From assembly GCF_016903815.1 (NCBI RefSeq), contig NZ_CP069973.1: a DNA stretch of 64,000 nucleotides; one strand, written 5' to 3'. The notes below the pieces were generated by a model that saw nothing but the letters and a program-made list of their open reading frames with translations, made no database searches and was not told where the DNA came from. The stretch's first letter is position 1. Each line of letters starts with the position of its first letter. The translations under genes and the position numbers were made by a program. Positions 27,520 through 34,752 of the stretch are shown piece by piece. Source of the stretch: Escherichia coli. GTDB lineage: Bacteria; Pseudomonadota; Gammaproteobacteria; Enterobacterales; Enterobacteriaceae.

Positions 27520-27747
27520 ATGCGTAATACCGAAATCCGTAGTTTTAACACTGATAGCGATGCGCTGGCCGTATTGCTGACCGATGCAAAAAAAGAAGAG
27601 CGTAAAGACCGCGCGCTCGCTGTTTCCATCCGCCTTGAGGCGCTGGCTATCCATATTACCAGAGAGGGAATGAGCGGCACCGAAGCTGCCGAACTGCTGC
27701 GCCGTGAAGCAACCCGCTTTGAGAATGAATCACAGGAGCTGCACTAA
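27520..27747 (+). CDS. Hypothetical early protein (P2-like small helical protein)
   Basis: This 75-aa ORF has AGGAG upstream and is translationally coupled (ATGA-type junction) to the next gene. Confidence 0.6.
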   Translation: MRNTEIRSFNTDSDALAVLLTDAKKEERKDRALAVSIRLEALAIHITREGMSGTEAAELLRREATRFENESQELH

Positions 27748-27968
27748 TGGCCGACGCAATGGATTTAGCACAACTGCGCGAGCAGGAAGACCGCGAACGC
27801 CACATCAGCAACGCACGCACCCGTATCGCTGCACCTTCCCGTTTTCTTTGCGAGGAATGTGACGCACCAATCCCGGAAGCTCGCCGCATTGCGATTCCGG
27901 GCGTGGCTTTTTGCGTAACCTGCCAGCAAATCGTAGAGCTAAAAAACAAACACTATCGGGGGGTATAA
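27747..27968 (+). CDS. TraR/DksA-family C4 zinc-finger protein
   Basis: The CEECDAPIPEARRIAIPGVAFCVTCQ motif is present, at the position of P2 orf82/83 upstream of gpA. Confidence 0.8.
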   Translation: MADAMDLAQLREQEDRERHISNARTRIAAPSRFLCEECDAPIPEARRIAIPGVAFCVTCQQIVELKNKHYRGV

Positions 27969-27969
27969 A

Positions 27970-30192
27970 TTGGCTGTTCAATTCGCTTATCCGTGGAACG
28001 TCCCACGGTCGGCAATCTCCAGCCCATACCTTACTTATGAGCAACAGCATCGCCGCGACCGTATGTTCGCGGCTTTGCTGCATGCAAAAAAGGTGCTTTC
28101 TCTCCAGCCCGACTGCGTGCGGTTAGATGTTTATCGCACTGCTGCGGTGCTGGAGCAAAATCAGGGTAGTCAACGAGCCAATGCATTTTTAATCAGCTTC
28201 TGCAAAAAGGCATTGCCGCGTCTTGAACTGGTCGCAAAAAAATACGAATGCGCTGGTATCAACAGCAAGGTATCAACCGCTGTTTTTGGAAGTCATTTTG
28301 ATACTCAGCAAATGCAATATCTGTCGTCACGCATGGTTAATATGGTCGCCCGATATAACCGTCTCCCGGACATGTCGCGCGCTGATGTTGACCTGTTGGC
28401 CGCTGATATTGCTAATTTCATTCGTGGTGAACTTGCCAACATTAATGACCACGGATTCGGCGAGCTTAAAACGCTGTACACCTGGTATATTCGTGCTGGC
28501 TTTATTTCCCTCCAATTCAACGTTATCCCACCACATTGGGAGCGGGTTGAAAAAAAATATGTCGGTGCGGATGAAATCGCACCGGCTATCGCCAAAATGT
28601 TTAACGATGGGTGGTGGCGCGGTCGTTTGCGCCGTGTAGCAGCTACGTGGCGCGAACACCTGCAAATTGCAGTCGGCAACGTCAGTAAGAAAAAAAACAC
28701 TTACGCGAGTAAAAACTGCGTGACTGACTGGCGTGAACAAAAGCGCCGCACTCGTGAATTTCTCAAAGGTCTGGATCTCGAAGACGAAGACGGCAACCGT
28801 ATCAGCCTAATTGAAAAATATGATGGCTCAGTTGCTAACCCTGCGATTCGCCGCTGTGAGCTCATGACCCGCATTCGTGGGTTTGAAAACATCTGTAATG
28901 AGCTCGGTTATGTCGGTGAGTTTTACACTCTAACCGCGCCGTCAAAATATCACGCCACGACTAAAGCCGGTTACCGTAACAGCAAATGGAGCGGTGCCAG
29001 CCCGGCTGACACGCAAAACTATCTAACCGGTATCTGGGCGCGTATCCGTGCCAAACTACATCGGGAAGATGTCCGTATTTTCGGTATTCGTGTCGCCGAG
29101 CCCCATCACGACGGCACTCCACACTGGCACATGCTGATGTTCATGCTGCCGGAAGATGTTGAATATGTTCGCTCCATCGTCCGTAAATACGCATGGAAAG
29201 AAGACCGCCACGAACTGAAAAGCGATAAATCCAAAAAAGCACGTTTCCACGCGGAGTCCATTGACCCGGAGAAAGGCAGCGCAACCGGCTATGTTGCTAA
29301 ATACATTTCAAAAAATATCGACGGTTATGCTCTCGATGGTGAAACCGATGATGAAAGCGGTGAGCTGCTGAAAGAGACAGCCCCCGCCGTTTCAGCATGG
29401 GCTGCGCGCTGGCACATCCGTCAGTTTCAGTTTATTGGTGGTGCGCCGGTGACGGTTTACCGTGAGTTGCGTCGCCTCGCTGATACCGAAACCGCGCACG
29501 GTCTGAGCGTTGAGTTTGCCGCCGTCCATGATGCCGCCGACGCTGGTGACTGGGCTGGTTATGTTAATGCTCAGGGTGGGCCGTTTGTCCGTCGCGATGA
29601 TTTACAGGTGCGCACACTGTATGAACCGCGTACCGAGCTTAATCAGTACGGTGAGGAAACGGTATGTATTAAGGGGGTCTACGATTCCTCCATAGGTGCA
29701 GGAAGCCCGATTTTAACCCGGCTCACTCAGTGGAAGATTGTTCCGAAGCGTGCTGTTGATTTGGCCGTTGACCTTCAGGACGGCAAAGCCGTCCCTCGGA
29801 GTTCTGTCAATAACTGTACGGGAAGCGAAAGCGATCCACCGATACTGGATTTAACAAAACCACTGAGTCGGCGTGAAAGACGAGAATTGACCAACCGACT
29901 CAGGAAGCAAAAGCCAGCAGCACGGCGAAAATTCATCCACGGAACGGATGAGCAAAACGCAGCTATAGCTAAAACTATCGATGAGATACATCTGACAACC
30001 GGCATTAATATCAGCCGGGGCGAAGCCCTGCACCTGATGGCCGGTGGTAAAAGTTGTTTTGATGGTAAATGGCTACGCGGAACGGCCAAAGGAGAAATAT
30101 TTTCCGCAGCACCATCGCATGAAGCTAAAGCTCGGAAAATCCTTAATCGTGTTGCGGCGATGGCTGAAGCATCAAAACCAATACATGAGTAA
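27970..30192 (+). CDS. A: Replication initiation endonuclease gpA (rolling-circle HUH nuclease)
   Basis: The 740-aa product has the HUH-type motif TPHWHMLMF and the tyrosine motif GYVAKYISKN. The start is TTG per the ORF track. Confidence 0.9.
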   Translation: MAVQFAYPWNVPRSAISSPYLTYEQQHRRDRMFAALLHAKKVLSLQPDCVRLDVYRTAAVLEQNQGSQRANAFLISFCKKALPRLELVAKKYECAGINSKVSTAVFGSHFDTQQMQYLSSRMVNMVARYNRLPDMSRADVDLLAADIANFIRGELANINDHGFGELKTLYTWYIRAGFISLQFNVIPPHWERVEKKYVGADEIAPAIAKMFNDGWWRGRLRRVAATWREHLQIAVGNVSKKKNTYASKNCVTDWREQKRRTREFLKGLDLEDEDGNRISLIEKYDGSVANPAIRRCELMTRIRGFENICNELGYVGEFYTLTAPSKYHATTKAGYRNSKWSGASPADTQNYLTGIWARIRAKLHREDVRIFGIRVAEPHHDGTPHWHMLMFMLPEDVEYVRSIVRKYAWKEDRHELKSDKSKKARFHAESIDPEKGSATGYVAKYISKNIDGYALDGETDDESGELLKETAPAVSAWAARWHIRQFQFIGGAPVTVYRELRRLADTETAHGLSVEFAAVHDAADAGDWAGYVNAQGGPFVRRDDLQVRTLYEPRTELNQYGEETVCIKGVYDSSIGAGSPILTRLTQWKIVPKRAVDLAVDLQDGKAVPRSSVNNCTGSESDPPILDLTKPLSRRERRELTNRLRKQKPAARRKFIHGTDEQNAAIAKTIDEIHLTTGINISRGEALHLMAGGKSCFDGKWLRGTAKGEIFSAAPSHEAKARKILNRVAAMAEASKPIHE

Positions 30193-30266
30193 TTCATATC
30201 CATATCATGCACATACAGCAATCGCTCTATTCGTTTTTTTTCTTCCCATCTTTTGCCAATACGTGC

Positions 30267-30286
30267 TACTGTATAAATATACAGTA
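30267..30286. promoter_or_regulatory. LexA (SOS) box
   Basis: TACTGTATAAATATACAGTA is a near-perfect CTGT-N8-ACAG palindrome, 20 nt upstream of ATG 30306. Confidence 0.85.
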
Positions 30287-30305
30287 ACCCTATGGGAGGG
30301 ACTTC

Positions 30306-30488
30306 ATGGTTGGCGAACATTTCAGCCGAACGCAGCAAAAGTGGGCTTGTGTGCAATTTATTGCCGAGGTATCTCTGATTGCAAACTGCAAGCCATCAGA
30401 CTTAAAGCTCGCGCTCACTCTCATTGCAGACCTAGCAAACAGCGAAAATAACGAAACCGAAGATGATAATTTTTATAAGGCTGATTAG
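30306..30488 (+). CDS. Small SOS-controlled protein, possible Tum-like antirepressor
   Basis: The 60-aa ORF has GGGAGGG as SD and lies directly downstream of the LexA box. By position it is analogous to 186 tum, but the sequence identity is not verified. Confidence 0.5.
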   Translation: MVGEHFSRTQQKWACVQFIAEVSLIANCKPSDLKLALTLIADLANSENNETEDDNFYKAD

Positions 30489-30491
30489 ATT

Positions 30492-30722
30492 ATGAGAATC
30501 AATATCACGTTGGATAAAGAGCAAAAATTAGGGCAACAGATCATTGATGCTTTTCAAAATGAAATAACACATCGAGTACAATGCGTTTTTCCTGCAACAA
30601 AAGTTAACGTTAAGAAAGGGTCAATGACTGGTGTAGAGGCTATCGGATTCGATAAAGAGGCGGACAGAGAAACATTAGGCAGCATATTACAAGAGATTTG
30701 GGAAGACGATAGCTGGCGTTAA
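30492..30722 (+). CDS. DinI-family protein
   Basis: MRINITLDKEQKLGQQIIDAFQNEITHRVQCVFP...LGSILQEIWEDDSWR parallels E. coli DinI (MRIEVTIAK...ISEILQETWESADDW). Confidence 0.8.
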   Translation: MRINITLDKEQKLGQQIIDAFQNEITHRVQCVFPATKVNVKKGSMTGVEAIGFDKEADRETLGSILQEIWEDDSWR

Positions 30723-30921
30723 ACATAATAACCGTGCTGGCGCAAAAACTAGCTTTTTGCGTCGGCGGGGTTGAGTAACGAGCCCACGAGGCTTAAGTCC
30801 TGCCTTTCAAAATTTCTCAATGTGCTATTGATGACACGCCCATGATTAATGAGGCATGACCTGAGATGGTTTTATAGTGGCGTTTTGACGGCACTGATTA
30901 AAATTCATTGAGGGTGATAAT

Positions 30922-31131
30922 ATGCATCGACTACCAGGTGAAATACCGCAACACAAAACTAAAAGCATCAAACTGATGGCCATCGTTCATCGTTTGCAGC
31001 AGATAATGGTCAATGAGAATTTGACACCCGCAGAGCTGGTCGGGTGTGCCGAAATAGTCAGGGATAATTACGGCAAGCTGGATAGCATCAGCAGGTCGAA
31101 ACAATACGCACCACCACCACGTCGACGATAG
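30922..31131 (+). CDS. Hypothetical 69-aa protein (cargo region)
   Basis: The evidence is the ORF alone. It is flanked by the two repeat units at 30733-30797 and 31136-31203. Confidence 0.35.
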   Translation: MHRLPGEIPQHKTKSIKLMAIVHRLQQIMVNENLTPAELVGCAEIVRDNYGKLDSISRSKQYAPPPRRR

Positions 31132-31205
31132 CAAACGCCGCCGGTTCTGAAACTCGCTTTCAGTACTGGCGGGGGTTGAACAACGAGCACCGCGAGGCGT
31201 TAGCA

Positions 31206-32147
31206 TTAATTTATTTTTAATGAATGGTAATCTCGTGAGTTGACCGAAGATTTGAGATAACTGCAATCATTAACCGACAGTATTGCCGCTAATAGGCGAC
31301 ATACCAGTGCCTGCATTTGCAGCAATATATCGTTACCATATTGACTGTTGTTAACACTTGAGAAACCAAGCGGTTGACCAAAAAAAATAGCCTCATGAAA
31401 ATTATCATTGCGGATGCCAGAAATGTTTTTTTTACCTGACACCCATGTGGGGATTGATAACCCATAAATTTTGCACATCCACTTTAATCGCTTGTAATGA
31501 TTTGGCGGTTTTTTATCAGGAGCCTTGTCATGCTCAGCCCACGACAAAGCAAAGCACCCATCAAGTGCCATGTAAAGGTACTGGAATTTTTCAAAAGAAA
31601 GGTATTGTGGGTTTTGAGATAAGAATAGTGCATGCACCACTGCCGCAATTCTTTTGGGGGAGTGCGCATCCTTATGTTTGCCATTTATATAATTAAGAGC
31701 CAGTTCTATGACTTCTTTTTCAGAGCATCCAACGAGAATAAAGTCGGTTAACTTAGTGGGCTTGATAGTGGTTGCATCTAAAAAACCAGCGTCAGTGGTT
31801 GTCAATCTTATTCCCTTGAAAAAAGAAAGGCACCACACAATAAAGTTGAGAGTTTCTAACGAGGATGTATTTTTTAATTTTAGTGTGTGCGTTTTGGGCA
31901 TACTGAATACTCGGTGACTATAAGGCATTGTGGATATGCCACCATTAAGGTTATATACATCTTGGTTTCCAGGGTATATCCAACCTTTCACAACGTTTTT
32001 ATCATTATTAACACGCTCCACTTTCTCATTGAGACCAGGTAAAGTAAGCAAAGAAAATTGTTCAGTCTCAATGTTAACTTCTACTGGATAGTATCCAAAC
32101 TCCGACATAATCTCATTGGGTTGCTGTTCGTCAACTTCACCTTGCAT
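31206..32147 (-). CDS. Hypothetical 313-aa protein with C-terminal RNDNFH (Rx4H, HEPN-like) motif; candidate phage-exclusion factor
   Basis: It is a long AT-rich ORF (22/60 G+C in line 31861). GGAGAAAG lies 2 nt before ATG 32147. The motif is encoded at 31395-31412. It occupies the gpA-to-cos slot where P2 carries tin/old. Confidence 0.7.
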   Translation of the reverse strand: MQGEVDEQQPNEIMSEFGYYPVEVNIETEQFSLLTLPGLNEKVERVNNDKNVVKGWIYPGNQDVYNLNGGISTMPYSHRVFSMPKTHTLKLKNTSSLETLNFIVWCLSFFKGIRLTTTDAGFLDATTIKPTKLTDFILVGCSEKEVIELALNYINGKHKDAHSPKRIAAVVHALFLSQNPQYLSFEKFQYLYMALDGCFALSWAEHDKAPDKKPPNHYKRLKWMCKIYGLSIPTWVSGKKNISGIRNDNFHEAIFFGQPLGFSSVNNSQYGNDILLQMQALVCRLLAAILSVNDCSYLKSSVNSRDYHSLKIN

Positions 32148-32384
32148 ATCTTTCTCCGTTCAAAAATAGGCTCGATAATTATCGAGAGGCTATCATGTTT
32201 GGAAAGAATCAATGTCCGTAATTTTTGTAAATTTAAGGTGATTTATCAATAAATAAGCTGTGCATGCAACAGGTGCATGGTTCTGCATGCGCCGGGGTTA
32301 CCCGTTTTGTACGTGCGCCGCAAGAGCTGGCGGGGATCCAGAGTGGTCATGCAACTGCATTAAAACCGCCCCATAAAGCGGGCA

Positions 32385-32403
32385 GGCGTGGCGGGGAAAG
32401 CAT
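32385..32403. other. cos cohesive-end site (186 type)
   Basis: GGCGTGGCGGGGAAAGCAT matches my memory of the 19-nt 186 cohesive end (P2: GGCGAGGCGGGGAAAGCAC). Confidence 0.8.
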
Positions 32404-32622
32404 TGCGCGCCAGCAGTGATGCGTAATAATAAAAATTATCCTCTGAGCGCGTCGTGATGGCGCTGTCGTGGTCGCTGCTGGTTCGTTGGTGGTCGGGTGT
32501 GTTCGTGCGCGTGAGACGCATCTGATGCGTGATGGTGGTGTGCATGGAAAAGCCACCAGGAGCAGCGGCTTTACAGGAGTGGCAGGATTCAAACTGCTAA
32601 TTATGTTTCTACTATGATTAAA

Positions 32623-33627
32623 CTAATTTACATGTATGTAGAGTTCACCGTCGCCAGACCAATCGGGACACTCTAAAACAAGCCCAAACTGCTTGAATAT
32701 TTCATCAATGATTATTGTTATCTCCCGAAAATCACCAAAACCTGTAATGTGCTGGTCATTAAACTTCCCATAAAGATTCTGAAAAGCAATGCCTAATTCT
32801 GATAATTGATATCTTATCTTTGAGTTGGATAGTGTAAGGGATAGCTTTGGATCGTATTCTTTAATATTGATGTTTAGAGAATGGACATAACCCATCGCAT
32901 AAGCATAAGAGTTGATGATTAGCCTGATACGTTTTTTTACTTCGAGATACATGTCATTCAGAGAAATATTACCGTACTTATAACCCCAGATGAGTTTTTC
33001 AATCTCGTCAGATACTTCATTTACAACAGTGTCAAGATTCTCTAAAAATAAATCGATAGTTTCTTGAGGGGCAGACCCCGAAGACATGTAATTAGCGAGA
33101 TATTCAGACCATGCACGCGTGGCTGAGATAAGAAGCGCGCTACCATACTCGTTGACTGTAAAGTTTTGGGCTAAGCATGTTAGTAAGTTTTTTTCATGTA
33201 CGTGCACTAATTCATGGTGAATGCGATGGATGACTGCGAGGTATCCTTCTTCTTTCAGTTTTAAGAAGCTACCATCATTGAAAAGCTCAACAAAAAAATC
33301 AATCGATAGCACAAGGGTATATTCTTCACATAGCCCATCATTGCCAATTTTTGTTACTAACTGCCCGACGGCTGCGCCCTGTTTGCTATTGGTAAATGAA
33401 CTAGGGGATTTGTGTTGGTAAGAGGATGTTACCTTTTGAAGAGCTTCACTGAAGTTATAGGAAACAATCACGCATTTTAATTTGGAGATATCAAGATTGA
33501 GATTTTTTGTTAAAGCTCGGATAGCTTCTAGTGTGAAATTACCGATATTATTTGCTTCTTGCTCAGTAGCGAAACCTTCGAGGGTTATTTTAAAATCAGT
33601 TTCCAAAATATTAATCTCCGCGCCCAT
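32623..33627 (-). CDS. Hypothetical 334-aa protein with HELVH (HExxH) motif; candidate zinc metallopeptidase-like exclusion factor
   Basis: It is a long AT-rich ORF (20/60 G+C in line 32821). HExxH is encoded at 33202-33216 (verified by hand). It lies between cos and the portal gene. Confidence 0.7.
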   Translation of the reverse strand: MGAEINILETDFKITLEGFATEQEANNIGNFTLEAIRALTKNLNLDISKLKCVIVSYNFSEALQKVTSSYQHKSPSSFTNSKQGAAVGQLVTKIGNDGLCEEYTLVLSIDFFVELFNDGSFLKLKEEGYLAVIHRIHHELVHVHEKNLLTCLAQNFTVNEYGSALLISATRAWSEYLANYMSSGSAPQETIDLFLENLDTVVNEVSDEIEKLIWGYKYGNISLNDMYLEVKKRIRLIINSYAYAMGYVHSLNINIKEYDPKLSLTLSNSKIRYQLSELGIAFQNLYGKFNDQHITGFGDFREITIIIDEIFKQFGLVLECPDWSGDGELYIHVN

Positions 33628-33645
33628 TGTTTTGATATTCGATGC

Positions 33646-33674
33646 ACTATAGCTTTCGCAGATTGCATCTTCAA
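33646..33674 (-). promoter_or_regulatory. Predicted sigma70 promoter for the 334-aa gene
   Basis: The minus strand has TTGAAG (33669-33674), a 17-nt spacer, and TATAGT (33646-33651), about 19 nt upstream of ATG 33627. Confidence 0.4.
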
Positions 33675-33704
33675 TAATGAGCGCAGAGATTGTGGCGGCC
33701 TAAG

Positions 33705-34751
33705 TTATTCTGGGTTGTCGAGGGTGTACTCTTTGAATCTGATGACCTCCATGCCGAGCCAGTCATTTACCTCCCTGAACCGGTCCTGTAGCGGCGACAG
33801 CTCGTTGCGCACAAATACCTTTGCCACCTTCTCAACATCACCGAGTGAACCGATATTCTCGGGCTTGCCGCCCATGAGCTGGAACGGTACGCGGTGCGCG
33901 TCCATCAGATCGGCGGCACTGGCCTTCTTGATGTTGAAAAAGTCATCCTTTGTGGCGACCTCGCTCAGTGGCACGATTTTGATGCCGTCCGGTTTTCCGC
34001 CGGGAGCGTAGAAAAACAGGTTCTTAAAGTTGCCGAGCCCTTTTGAGTTGCGCATCGCCTCGCGCAGCGATTCGACGTCGGTCGCGCTCTGCGCCGGGTC
34101 AGTCACATACATGATGTAACCCGCGTGCGCGCCGTTCTGATAATACTTGCGGCGGAACAGCGTCGCGGATTCATTCAGCCAGGCGGAATTTAGCGCGCTG
34201 AGATATTCGGGCAGGCCGTAAATCTCCTGATTAATGTCGGGCTCCAGCAGGTGAAACACGGTATCAGGCGCGAACTCGTGCGGCTGGGTGAAGTTTTCCA
34301 CAAACCAGAAAATCGAATCGTCGACTCCGCGTCGGGTGTATTTGGCTGGCGAGGCCAGCAGTTTGATTAACTGGCCGGTGACGCTGTGGCGCTGCTCAAG
34401 AAAGGCGTTACCGAACACCAGATAATCGAGCGCAAAGCGGCTGAAATCCTGACGGGATAACAACGGGTGCGGAATGTAGGTGCTCGCGAGCACGTTACGC
34501 TTAACATAAATTGGCGAGCTGTGATGCACGGCAGAGCGCAGGCTCTTTGCCAGCCCTGAGAAGCTGACCGGCGGCTCGTACCATTTGCCGTTACTGATGC
34601 ACTCGACGTAATCCAGAATGTCGCGCTTATCGAGCACCGGCACCGGCTCGCCGAAGGTGAACGCTGTCGTTTTTGGCGGTGCGCTGGCGGTCAGTTGTTG
34701 TGGTTTGCTGGCCTTTTGTGCGTTGGCTTTACGGGATTTTTGTTTACCCAT
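33705..34751 (-). CDS. Q: Portal protein (P2 gpQ homolog)
   Basis: The 348-aa product is recognised as the gpQ family and is adjacent to the terminase. Confidence 0.92.
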   Translation of the reverse strand: MGKQKSRKANAQKASKPQQLTASAPPKTTAFTFGEPVPVLDKRDILDYVECISNGKWYEPPVSFSGLAKSLRSAVHHSSPIYVKRNVLASTYIPHPLLSRQDFSRFALDYLVFGNAFLEQRHSVTGQLIKLLASPAKYTRRGVDDSIFWFVENFTQPHEFAPDTVFHLLEPDINQEIYGLPEYLSALNSAWLNESATLFRRKYYQNGAHAGYIMYVTDPAQSATDVESLREAMRNSKGLGNFKNLFFYAPGGKPDGIKIVPLSEVATKDDFFNIKKASAADLMDAHRVPFQLMGGKPENIGSLGDVEKVAKVFVRNELSPLQDRFREVNDWLGMEVIRFKEYTLDNPE

Positions 34752-34752
34752 T

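Noticed and set aside
29775-30356. A 193-aa minus-strand ORF spanning the end of gpA and the LexA-box region.
   Set aside because: It is antisense to gpA for most of its length and crosses the SOS promoter. It has no SD and no recognisable features.
32347-32592. An 81-aa and a 61-aa ORF on the minus strand in the GC-rich block next to cos.
   Set aside because: They overlap the 19-nt cos site and the flanking packaging region, which I remember as conserved in 186. The translations are Pro/Arg/Thr-rich with no SD. This is most likely non-coding terminase-recognition DNA.
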